DNA from: Bdellovibrionales bacterium
GTDB lineage: Bacteria > Bdellovibrionota > Bdellovibrionia > Bdellovibrionales > UBA1609
Length of the DNA: 64,000 nt
Assembly: GCA_028819545.1 (NCBI GenBank)
Contig: JAPPLG010000028.1
Span: forward strand, 5,646-69,645
Direction of reading: 5' to 3'
The notes under the pieces are model-generated. The model was not told where the DNA came from. It saw only the letters and a program-made list of their open reading frames with translations, and ran no database searches. The translations under genes and the position numbers were made by a program. The first letter of the stretch is position 1. Each line of letters opens with the position of its first letter. This document shows positions 56,405-64,000 of this stretch, piece after piece.

Positions 56405-56871
56405 ATTGTATTTTTCTTTTTTATCTGTAAATCAATTTCCAAGCTTTGGCTTTTGCCAAATACTCCCACTTTATTGGGAGCTTGATTGATACTATTTTTA
56501 AAATAGTTGTTTCCTCGCCCTCCTCGCCCTCCTTTTATAAGGAGATAAGGTGCATCTTCGCCAATTAAAATTTCAAGATTTTTGGTTTTTAGCCATGTAT
56601 GAGGGGGCACCTCAATAATCAGGTTTTTTCCTTTACGCCCTGTCTGGCGTCTGGATTTTCCAGGCCTGCCGTCTTCAGCCTTATAAATTTTATTTTTATT
56701 TAAATGAGATAAAGAACTTTTCTGGTTATTGACTTCTATCCACACATCTCCGCCTCGTCCTCCATCTCCTCCATCTGGTCCTCCTCGAACCTTTCTTCGG
56801 GAAGAAGCGAAACTTAAACACCCTCTACCGCCTTTTCCAGAACTGACTTTTAAGCGGATTTTATGGATCAT
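56401..56871 (-). CDS. obg: stand-alone Obg-fold (GTP1/OBG N-terminal) domain protein; no GTPase domain
   Basis: Gly-rich Obg-fold motifs KGGRGCLSF, RGGPDGGDGGRGGDV, GGRGGRGN. The ORF ends (..LEIDLQIKKKNTI*) where the G domain normally begins, with an ATGA overlap onto nadD. Confidence 0.8.
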   Translation of the reverse strand: MIHKIRLKVSSGKGGRGCLSFASSRRKVRGGPDGGDGGRGGDVWIEVNNQKSSLSHLNKNKIYKAEDGRPGKSRRQTGRKGKNLIIEVPPHTWLKTKNLEILIGEDAPYLLIKGGRGGRGNNYFKNSINQAPNKVGVFGKSQSLEIDLQIKKKNTI

Positions 56872-56877
56872 GCTTTC

Positions 56878-57123
56878 TTATTGTACATGAACTGTGGATT
56901 TTTTTCGAAATTGTTTGAAGAAAACTCGTCCTTTTTTTAAGGCAAATAAAGTGAAATCTTTGCCCATGCCTACATTTTGTCCGGCATAGAAACGAGAACC
57001 TCTTTGTCGAATAATAATAGTACCTGGTAAGACTGTTTCGCCTCCAAAGCGTTTAACGCCTAAACGCCGCCCTTTCGAGTCTCTTCCATTTTTCGTACTT
57101 CCTGAAGCCTTCTTGGATGCCAT
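56878..57123 (-). CDS. rpmA: 50S ribosomal protein L27
   Basis: [27 protein letters not shown]...G.IIIRQRG. Confidence 0.95.
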   Translation of the reverse strand: MASKKASGSTKNGRDSKGRRLGVKRFGGETVLPGTIIIRQRGSRFYAGQNVGMGKDFTLFALKKGRVFFKQFRKKSTVHVQ

Positions 57124-57124
57124 A

Positions 57125-57595
57125 TCATGAACCTCTTTTTTTCACTGTTTTTTTAGCTGTTGCTTGAACTTTTGTTGTAGTTTTTGTTTTACTTTTTTGC
57201 AATTTTTTTTGTGGTTTTGCTTTGACTTTAGGTTTTTCTGTGGATGATTTTTTAGGGGTTTTAGTGACCCACTGGCCAGCGGAATCGGAAAGAGCCTCAA
57301 TATGAATTTCAGTAAATAGCTGTCTATGGCCTAATGTTCTGCGATAACCCTTTCTTCTGTTTTTTTTCAGTATTAAGACTTTTTTGGCTTTTCCATGTCT
57401 GACCACTCGCGCTTTAACTTGAGCTTTGTTAATAAAAGGCTCTCCAAAAACAGCTTCTCCATTATCCTTTTGGATGGCTAAGACTTCTTTCCCAAGCCAT
57501 AAATCTCCTTTTTTTACGTCCAATTTTTCCACTCTTAAACGAGAGCCAAGACGAACGGAGAATTGCTTATTACCGACTAAAATTGTGGAAATCAT
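57125..57595 (-). CDS. rplU: 50S ribosomal protein L21 with Lys-rich C-terminal tail
   Basis: L21 core ([19 protein letters not shown]...[26 protein letters not shown]). ATG 57595 is preceded by AGAGGA. The ORF track's longer start at 57628 is less likely. Confidence 0.9.
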   Translation of the reverse strand: MISTILVGNKQFSVRLGSRLRVEKLDVKKGDLWLGKEVLAIQKDNGEAVFGEPFINKAQVKARVVRHGKAKKVLILKKNRRKGYRRTLGHRQLFTEIHIEALSDSAGQWVTKTPKKSSTEKPKVKAKPQKKLQKSKTKTTTKVQATAKKTVKKRGS

Positions 57596-57652
57596 AATAT
57601 TCCTCTTTAGGAAAGCAACTTCTCTCATAAAACGAGGGTTTTTGTCAACTTT

Positions 57653-59110
57653 TTACAACTCATCAAATTCGAAATGTGCAGGGGAACAAGTTTGATCCTC
57701 TTTAAATTGCAGTGTAATACGATACTTTTTTTTCAAATAAGAGAGATGGTCTCCTTCGTTTTCTTGTATCCAGGAGTGAACGGAGGGATGAAGAAAGACT
57801 TGTAGTTTAGTTGATTTTGTTTTCCATAAGCCTTTATTGTCTCCATAAGTGTTTTGGATGCTTCGGAATAGTTCACAGGAGACTGTATGGGGAGATTTAA
57901 TCCAACCTTGCCCTTCACAAAGTGCGCAGGGGCGGCACAAAGAGGCTCTCAGACTGGGCCTGGTTCTTTTACGAGTCATTTGAATGACATTAAGGGGCGA
58001 AAGAGACACAATTTCAGTGTAAGCTCGATCTTGCTCTAACTCTTGTTCGAATTGTTTCATAACTTTGGTTTTTGAGGTTTTGGAACTCATATCAATCAGG
58101 TCAATAACAATAATACCTCCGCAATTTCTAATTCTTAATTGTTTGGAGATCTCTTTTACTGCTTCAAGGTTGGTTTTTAAAATATTTGTTTCCTGGGATT
58201 TTTTTCCTGAAAATTTGGAAGTATTTACATCTATACTGACTAAAGCTTCATTTTCGTCAATAACAATAGATCCTCCTGATTTTAAATAAACAGTCCTGCT
58301 TAGAGCATGGGAAAGTTGTTTTTCAATATTGAATTTTTCAAATAAAGGGGGGGTCTTGTCGTAAATTTTTATATTTTTTTTAAACTCCGGCATAAATTCT
58401 TTTACAAATGTCAAAGCTTGAGAATGTATCTCTTTATTGTCTATCCATACCTGATCTTGCAGAGAGTGTAATTCATCACGGATCATTTGAATTTCCGGAG
58501 AAATTTCTCTATGAACTAATCCAACAGTTTTTCGTGTTTGTTTTTTTTGAATGGTTTTCCATAATTTTTTTAAATTATTTAAATCTTTTTTAAAATCTGA
58601 ACGGCCTTCCGCTTTTGTGCGTACAATCACTCCTCCTTCCGGTTTGAGTTGTTTAATGTGGCTTATAATCCTTTCTCTTTCTTCTTCATCTTCTATTTTT
58701 TTAGAGATTCCGATACCGCTGGAATAAGGCATATAGATAAGATAGGGAGTCGGCAAACTAATCTGCATCGAGATACGTGGGCCTTTAGTAGAGATAGGAT
58801 CTTTAATGATTTGCACTAGAATCATCTGATTGACTTTAATATCTTGAATATTCGGTTTTTGTTCGACCCCGTCTTCAGATTTAAAGGGGAGCAGTTCTTT
58901 AACATAGAGAAAACAATCCCGCTCCAAACCAATATTGACAAAACAAGCTCCCATTCCGGGCAGTACTTTAGTGACTTTACCTTTATAGATAGATCCCACC
59001 AGGGTGGGTTGGGTGTTTGCAATGAATTGAATAACAGAGTCTCCTTTAAGGTGGACGGCTCTGGTTGGGCTAGGTTGAGCTGAAATTAGAATTTTAGATT
59101 TTTCTAACAT
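57653..59110 (-). CDS. rng: ribonuclease G/E-family endoribonuclease
   Basis: S1 domain GSIYKGKVTKVLPGMGACFVNIGLERDCFLY, catalytic region GGSIVIDENEALVSIDVN, and Rng-like size (485 aa). Confidence 0.9.
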   Translation of the reverse strand: MLEKSKILISAQPSPTRAVHLKGDSVIQFIANTQPTLVGSIYKGKVTKVLPGMGACFVNIGLERDCFLYVKELLPFKSEDGVEQKPNIQDIKVNQMILVQIIKDPISTKGPRISMQISLPTPYLIYMPYSSGIGISKKIEDEEERERIISHIKQLKPEGGVIVRTKAEGRSDFKKDLNNLKKLWKTIQKKQTRKTVGLVHREISPEIQMIRDELHSLQDQVWIDNKEIHSQALTFVKEFMPEFKKNIKIYDKTPPLFEKFNIEKQLSHALSRTVYLKSGGSIVIDENEALVSIDVNTSKFSGKKSQETNILKTNLEAVKEISKQLRIRNCGGIIVIDLIDMSSKTSKTKVMKQFEQELEQDRAYTEIVSLSPLNVIQMTRKRTRPSLRASLCRPCALCEGQGWIKSPHTVSCELFRSIQNTYGDNKGLWKTKSTKLQVFLHPSVHSWIQENEGDHLSYLKKKYRITLQFKEDQTCSPAHFEFDEL

Positions 59111-59234
59111 AAAATAACTCTGAATGTGTCAGGTTTCTTTCTTGTTTATTGACTTTAGTAGGCATGATTTTTATTATAAGTTGTCCAGTTCATTTGGGAC
59201 TAAGTTCAAACAAATAAGGTTGTGAAGTAACAAA

Positions 59235-60524
59235 GTGTTTATTTCAGATTTGAGTAATTCTGTCAATCAGAAGGTTAAACTTACAGGTTGGGTTTATAAT
59301 CTGCGCTCTAGCGGTAAGATCCGGTTTATTCTCTTAAGGGACGGTACAGGGATTACTCAGTGTGTTTTGGAATATAGTGAAGAAACCAAAAATGCATTTG
59401 GGGTATGTGAGACTCTCACACAAGAAAGTGTTGTTGAAGTTCAGGGTGTTGTTAAAAAGTGGAAAAACGGATTTGAGATTCAGGCTTCTGATCTTCGTTT
59501 AATTTCCACATCTGAGCCTTATCCTATCTCCAAAAAAGAACATGGAATTGATTTTTTGATGAACCATAGACACTTGTGGATGCGTTCTAAAAAAACTCAT
59601 GCGGTTTTGCGTGTACGTCACCATATCATTCATGCTATTCATAATTTTTTTAATTATAAATATTTTACACAAATAGACCCTCCTATTTTTACCCCAACAG
59701 CTTGTGAAGGAACTTCCACTTTATTTGAAGTTCAAATGGATTTTATGGACTCCGTTTATTTAAGCCAAAGTGGTCAGATGTATTTGGAAGCGGCCAGCGC
59801 CGCATTCAATCAGGTGTATTGTTTAAGCCCGACTTTTCGTGCAGAAAAATCCAGTACGAGAAGACATTTAATGGAATTTTGGATGTGCGAAGCTGAGATG
59901 GCTTTTTGTGATCTCAATCAGAATATGGTTTTGATTGAAGAATTTATTGTTTCAATTATTCAATATGTTTTAAAAAGTGCAAAAGAGGAGTTGAACACAT
60001 TAGGAAGGGACTTGAGCCTGTTGGAAAAAATCAAAACTCCTTTTCCAAAATTGCATTATGATTCAGCTTGTGAACATTTAATAAAGAAAAACCCTCAATT
60101 CATCAAAGGTTCTGATTTTGGAGGGGCGGATGAAACTTTAATCAGTTCTCTTTATGATCAACCTGTCTTTGTCCATCATTACCCCTCTCAGGTGAAAGCT
60201 TTTTATATGAAACAAGATAACAGAGAAGGGTACTCTTTAAGTTGTGATTTACTGGCTCCGGAAGGGTACGGTGAGCTTGTCGGGGGAGGTCAAAGAGAAA
60301 CAGATAAAGATGTTCTTATCAAAGCTATTCAACATCATCAGTTGGATCAAAAAGACTTTGAGTGGTATTTGGATTTGAGACGCTACGGCTCTTTTGTTCA
60401 TTCTGGTTTTGGACTGGGGGTGGAGAGGCTGGTGTCCTGGCTTTGTGGGTTGGATCATGTACGGGAAGCTATCCCTTTCCCCAGGGTTTATGGTCGAAAA
60501 TTCTTCGAGCAACCTAGTTCTTGA
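59235..60524 (+). CDS. asnS: asparaginyl-tRNA synthetase
   Basis: OB anticodon-binding domain and class IIb motifs ([30 protein letters not shown]). The 3' terminal ~25 nt appear to be element-derived (see the asnS/TA cassette finding, 60411-61305). Confidence 0.93.
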   Translation: MFISDLSNSVNQKVKLTGWVYNLRSSGKIRFILLRDGTGITQCVLEYSEETKNAFGVCETLTQESVVEVQGVVKKWKNGFEIQASDLRLISTSEPYPISKKEHGIDFLMNHRHLWMRSKKTHAVLRVRHHIIHAIHNFFNYKYFTQIDPPIFTPTACEGTSTLFEVQMDFMDSVYLSQSGQMYLEAASAAFNQVYCLSPTFRAEKSSTRRHLMEFWMCEAEMAFCDLNQNMVLIEEFIVSIIQYVLKSAKEELNTLGRDLSLLEKIKTPFPKLHYDSACEHLIKKNPQFIKGSDFGGADETLISSLYDQPVFVHHYPSQVKAFYMKQDNREGYSLSCDLLAPEGYGELVGGGQRETDKDVLIKAIQHHQLDQKDFEWYLDLRRYGSFVHSGFGLGVERLVSWLCGLDHVREAIPFPRVYGRKFFEQPSS

Positions 60525-60559
60525 TATGTCTATATTTAAAGATACTCTAAAAAATGGGG

Positions 60560-60892
60560 TTAAGAACTTAGTTCACAAATAATTCGAGAAATATTTTTGA
60601 GGGTTGGATTGCCTTCTTTAGAGAATAGTCTAAAAAGAGTTCTTTTTGAAAGCCCCACTTTTTTTGCAAATTGCTCCTTATTTTCAAGCTCTAGATAAGT
60701 ACGAATAATCTCCTTAAATCCATCTGTATCTCCAGCAGATAAGCATTCAAACAAAGCTTTAGAAACATATTTTTTATTTCTCATTCTTTTAGAAGCTTTG
60801 AATGTAATAAGTTTCATGCGAGTTTTAGCTTTCAAACTCGGCATATCTTCTAAGGAGTTTATAAGCTTTTTTGATATCTTTTTTTTGTTCAT
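60560..60892 (-). CDS. HTH antitoxin (HigA-like addiction-module antidote)
   Basis: C-terminal HTH FAKKVGLSKRTLFRLFSKEGNPTLKNISRIICEL (the EGNP motif is typical of this antidote family). Lies downstream of the toxin. True start is probably internal (ATG 60844 or 60817). Confidence 0.7.
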   Translation of the reverse strand: MNKKKISKKLINSLEDMPSLKAKTRMKLITFKASKRMRNKKYVSKALFECLSAGDTDGFKEIIRTYLELENKEQFAKKVGLSKRTLFRLFSKEGNPTLKNISRIICELSS

Positions 60893-61121
60893 TTTTTAAC
60901 CCTCCAGTGAGTAATAAAATAGTATCACTCTGTAGTTTTACAAAATAAATTCTTCTTCCATTCTTCCATCTTAATTCTGCTAATCCATTTGAAATATATT
61001 TCCAATCTCCTAAATGCTTATATTCTTCTATTCGAGCAATACGGGCGTCCACCTGTACTTTTTCTCGAAAAGTTATTTTTTTATACCAATCACTAAACTC
61101 CTTAGTGGACAGAATATTCAT
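60825..61121 (-). CDS. RelE/ParE-superfamily toxin (HigB-like addiction-module killer protein)
   Basis: 98 aa. F.dW......R..V..RI.R......GD.K....G..ELR...G..YRIYF pattern (here EFSDWYKK...DARIARIEEYKHLGDWKYISNGLAELRWKNGRRIYF). Toxin-first gene order. Confidence 0.7.
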   Translation of the reverse strand: MNILSTKEFSDWYKKITFREKVQVDARIARIEEYKHLGDWKYISNGLAELRWKNGRRIYFVKLQSDTILLLTGGLKNEQKKDIKKAYKLLRRYAEFES

Positions 61122-61200
61122 TTAAAAAATGTGCCATATGTGGCATTATTTGTCAATAATAATTTGAAACCTTTCTGAAATATACATGATTTGATCTTTT

Positions 61201-61305
61201 GGACTGGGCGTGGAGCGTTTGGTATGCTGGCTTTGTGGGTTGGATCATGTACGGGAAGCTATCCCTTTCCCCAGGGTTTATGGTCGAAAGTTCTTTGAGC
61301 AATAA
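61201..61305 (+). pseudogene. displaced 3' fragment of asnS (encodes [34 protein letters not shown])
   Basis: In-frame copy of the last 34 codons of asnS with mostly synonymous differences. Its stop lies 16 nt from the convergent tatC stop. Confidence 0.75.
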
Positions 61306-61321
61306 ATCTGAAAATTCTAGA

Positions 61322-62098
61322 TTATTTTTTAGATGAAAATAAGAGACCAGCTGTGAAGATGGCCATTTCATATAATAAGTAAAGGGGAAGTAATAAAAAA
61401 ATCATACTAATAATATCCGGAGGAGTCACTACAGCAGAGATGACAGCTAAAATGACAATTGCATAGCGCCGGCTATGCTTAAGTTGTTGTATACTTAAAA
61501 CCCCTACCCATACCAGACCTAAAATAATAAGGGGGGTTTCAAATAAAAGTCCAAAAATAAGGGTTGTAAGAATAAAAAATGATAAATATTCTTTTACAGA
61601 GATTAAGGCCATAGAGGAGCCGACATTCATCAGGAAGTTAAATGAAAGTGGATATACAATAAAATAAATAAATAAAATGCCTGAAAAAAATAAAACAGTG
61701 GATGCTATGTGCAAAGAAATAAAAAATATTTTTTCTTTTTTGTAGAGCCCTGGAGATAAAAACTTCCATAAATGAAATATGAAAATTGGAAAGCTTAAAA
61801 CTAAAGCTCCAAAAAAGGCCACTCGAATATGAGCTAAAAACTCATCCATAGGAGCAGTGAAAATCAGATGACCTTCGCTTTGTTTTAAATAAGGAGAGAT
61901 AGGCTGGGCAATCCAGTTTAAAATATTTTCGCTGAAAAACCAGCAGACAATAAAAAATAGTGTAAAAAAAATAGTGAAAGAAATAAGCCGGGATCTTAAC
62001 TCAGATAAATGATGGGTGAGACTCATGGAAGCATTAGGATTTGTCATTTTTATTTTTTGTTGAAGGTTTTTTTTGGAGAATTGCAGATGCTTCGTCAT
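61322..62098 (-). CDS. tatC: twin-arginine translocase subunit TatC
   Basis: HLSELRSRLI N-terminal motif and six TM helices. The start is more likely ATG 62047 or 62026 than the maximal 62098. Confidence 0.9.
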   Translation of the reverse strand: MTKHLQFSKKNLQQKIKMTNPNASMSLTHHLSELRSRLISFTIFFTLFFIVCWFFSENILNWIAQPISPYLKQSEGHLIFTAPMDEFLAHIRVAFFGALVLSFPIFIFHLWKFLSPGLYKKEKIFFISLHIASTVLFFSGILFIYFIVYPLSFNFLMNVGSSMALISVKEYLSFFILTTLIFGLLFETPLIILGLVWVGVLSIQQLKHSRRYAIVILAVISAVVTPPDIISMIFLLLPLYLLYEMAIFTAGLLFSSKK

Positions 62099-62258
62099 TT
62101 ATGGATGAAACTTGCTTTTGAACGTCATCTTTGACAGACCTAAGTTGATGAATTAAACGTGCTAATTCTTTTGCTAATTTTGGGAATTTCTCTGGGCCTA
62201 AAATCACCAAGGCAAGTGCACATATAATAAGGAGTTCAAGTATACCAATAGAAAACAT
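62034..62258 (-). CDS. tatA: twin-arginine translocase subunit TatA/E
   Basis: MFSIGILELLIICALALVILGPEKFPKLAKELAR: TM helix, hinge Gly-Pro, amphipathic helix. Confidence 0.88.
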   Translation of the reverse strand: MFSIGILELLIICALALVILGPEKFPKLAKELARLIHQLRSVKDDVQKQVSSINDEASAILQKKPSTKNKNDKS

Positions 62259-62303
62259 GAAGAAAAATTATAAGTTTTCCATTGAGAAAGCAAATGAAAA
62301 ATC

Positions 62304-62897
62304 TCAGTGAGGTTTATTATTTTTTTCCATTGAAAAACCATGATCTTCCAATTGATATCCGGCAATTTTGGATCCGGTTTCCAAGTATTTTACACAAACT
62401 TTCATCAAATCTTCATCCGTTCGAATAGAGTGTTTGCAGGCAATGTAAGAGAGGACATCCATAAGATCGATAAAATGGTAAGACAGCTCTCTAAAGATTT
62501 CTTCTTCCGGGTGATAATCTGCAAGACTGTCATAAGCTCCCTGGCCGATATGAGAATAGTAATTGGGGTTGATGAGTTGTTTGTTTAAGGACTCTCTAAA
62601 GAAACCTCCTAGATAAAGGCTTCTATCTCCTACTTGCTTTAAAAGAAAAAGCTTTTCTGAGAGCGACACTTTTTGAGCCTTCAAATAAATTTGTGCTAAA
62701 GGAGTAAGATTTTTTTTACCTGAGTTTGTATCTGTTTCAAAGAGTTGATCTGATTGAATATATGAGTGCAGAAGGTTTCCTAAATAGCTTTGAACGGGTA
62801 GAGAAACCTCGATTCTCATTCTATCTAATCCGTCAGTTACAATAGATTTGAATATTTCTTCTAAAGTCATAGTCTCTAAAAATTTAATTATAATCAT
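62304..62897 (-). CDS. hypothetical cytoplasmic protein (197 aa)
   Basis: Clean ORF upstream of tatA with no motif I recognise. An alternative start is ATG 62870. Confidence 0.5.
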   Translation of the reverse strand: MIIIKFLETMTLEEIFKSIVTDGLDRMRIEVSLPVQSYLGNLLHSYIQSDQLFETDTNSGKKNLTPLAQIYLKAQKVSLSEKLFLLKQVGDRSLYLGGFFRESLNKQLINPNYYSHIGQGAYDSLADYHPEEEIFRELSYHFIDLMDVLSYIACKHSIRTDEDLMKVCVKYLETGSKIAGYQLEDHGFSMEKNNKPH

Positions 62898-63075
62898 TTT
62901 TTATGTAAAATAACCTCTTTTTCTTTAAAATATGTCTTAAAACCCTTTTTATATTAAAACTTAAGGGCAGGTCTTTTTATTAAGTGTGTTGTGAGATGGT
63001 ATCTGTTTATGTTCTTTGGGTGATGAGCCGAAAAGTGGAGAGTTAGAGTTGTATTTTTAAAGAGTAAGGCTACCT

Positions 63076-63741
63076 ATGGAAAAACAAAAAGATTTGAAAC
63101 AGAAGACGACAACTTCATCTGAAAATATTAAAGAGAATTCATCAACTAAAGGGTCTAGTAAGGCTTCTGAGCATAGTGAGTCTGGTGTAAAAAAATCTTC
63201 CAAACCTTCTATACTTAAAACGAGTGTTTTAAAAAAACCTCAAGTAAAGAATAAAGAATTGGAAAAGAAAATACAGGAGTTGGAAGAACTCAATAAGTCG
63301 TATCGTTATTTGCAGGCTGAGTTTGCTAATTTTAAAAGAATCGCTCAAAAAGAAAATGAACAAGCTATTAAGTATTCAGCTTTTAGCTTTCTTCAGGACG
63401 TAATTTTAAATTTCTTAAATGATTTTAATCGTGCTATGGAAAAAAATTGGGAGAGTAAAGATTTTGAAAATTTTAAAAAGGGAGTGGAAATGCTCCATTC
63501 TAAATTTATCAAGATTTTACAACAGCATGGTGTGACGGAAATCATTCCAAAAGGAGACCTGTTGGATCCGAATGTACATGAAGTTGTAAGTGTAGAACAA
63601 AATGATGAACATCAGGAAAACACTATTTTGCATATTTTAAGAAATGGATATCAGCTTCACGATAGATTAGTTCAACCGGCACAAGTGGTTGTGAGCAAAA
63701 ATTCTCAAGCTCAGGATTCTTCAGAGGATCAAGAATCATGA
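63076..63741 (+). CDS. grpE: nucleotide exchange factor GrpE
   Basis: Coiled-coil N-terminus then YLQAEFANFKRIAQKE and the C-terminal beta domain (G...V.P.KV.V). Confidence 0.9.
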   Translation: MEKQKDLKQKTTTSSENIKENSSTKGSSKASEHSESGVKKSSKPSILKTSVLKKPQVKNKELEKKIQELEELNKSYRYLQAEFANFKRIAQKENEQAIKYSAFSFLQDVILNFLNDFNRAMEKNWESKDFENFKKGVEMLHSKFIKILQQHGVTEIIPKGDLLDPNVHEVVSVEQNDEHQENTILHILRNGYQLHDRLVQPAQVVVSKNSQAQDSSEDQES

Positions 63742-64000
63742 AAGATTATTATCGCATTTTGAATGTTTCCCCTGCTTCCACCAAACAAGCTATTCGAAAA
63801 TCTTATAGAAAATTAGCCGGTCAATTTCATCCGGATAAAAATCAATCTGCTGAAGCTGAAGAAAAATTTAAACAAATCTCAGAGGCCTATAATGTTCTTT
63901 CTAATGAAGAAAGAAGGAAAGAATATGATCAATCCAGAAAAGTGGTTCATATGGATTCTTTTAGTAAAGCGCACAAAACAGACTACAAGAAAAAAGCTCA
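63738..64000 (+). CDS. J-domain co-chaperone (DnaJ/CbpA class), 5' partial at window end
   Basis: My translation: MKDYYRILNVSPASTKQAIRKSYRKLAGQFHPDKNQSAEAEEKFKQISEAYNVLSNEERRKEYDQ. ATGA overlap with the grpE stop. The sequence after the J domain is not Gly/Phe-rich. Confidence 0.85.
   Translation, partial: MKDYYRILNVSPASTKQAIRKSYRKLAGQFHPDKNQSAEAEEKFKQISEAYNVLSNEERRKEYDQSRKVVHMDSFSKAHKTDYKKKA

Larger units (their letters stand above)
60411..61302. mobile_element. ~790-bp toxin-antitoxin cassette bounded by 102-bp direct repeats of the asnS 3' end
   Basis: 60411-60512 and 61201-61302 differ at 8 of 102 positions by my count, with a 63-nt perfect core (60437-60499 = 61227-61289). Only the two TA genes lie in between. 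Confidence 0.7.

Noticed and set aside
60249-61371. ORFs 60249..60512(-) and 61153..61371(-) sharing the peptide [20 protein letters not shown]
   Set aside because: Both are antisense to the two copies of the asnS 3' end. The similarity is a by-product of the DNA duplication, not evidence of paralogous genes.
62898-63075. CIRCE element or sigma-32 promoter upstream of grpE
   Set aside because: I found no TTAGCACTC-N9-GAGTGCTAA-like inverted repeat and no convincing CTTGAAA/CCCCAT pair on either strand.

Overview
Visibly AT-rich bacterial chromosomal segment. I found no rRNA, no CRISPR array and no intact transposase or integrase. It holds about 50 credible protein genes and 5 tRNAs (Phe-GAA, Arg-ACG, Ser-GCU, Asn-GUU, Ser-UGA). 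Housekeeping blocks: sigma-54 activator + uppP; lysC-lysA; msrA; DUF368 + purN; a complete caa3-type cytochrome c oxidase cluster (cyt c, SCO1, ctaC-D-E-F, ctaB); secA-trmL; phaR; ligA; gatCAB; rho-prfA-prmC-murA; serS; rng; rplU-rpmA-obg(N-domain only)-nadD::rsfS; asnS; tatA-tatC; grpE plus a J protein. This gene content together with a 67-aa histone-fold protein suggests a Bdellovibrionota-like organism (inference only). Accessory content: three giant signal-peptide proteins (806, 1697 and 1229 aa; the last two carry J domains and an alpha/beta-hydrolase domain respectively), a secreted EEP-family enzyme, several small secreted proteins next to tRNA genes, a toxin-antitoxin cassette inserted into the 3' end of asnS, and a mosaic family of hairpin repeats. 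The most interesting signal is a ~130-nt module with clear compensatory stem changes. It occurs twice, each time fused at its 3' side to an exact 18-22 nt copy of the 3' end of the tRNA gene just upstream (tRNA-Phe and tRNA-Ser-UGA). This fits either miniature integrative elements or a scaffold-plus-guide RNA layout. Other notable points: an Obg N-domain-only gene in the canonical obg slot, a NadD-RsfS fusion, and a shared 15-bp palindrome upstream of secreted-protein genes. All coordinates were derived by hand and cross-checked against the ORF track where possible.
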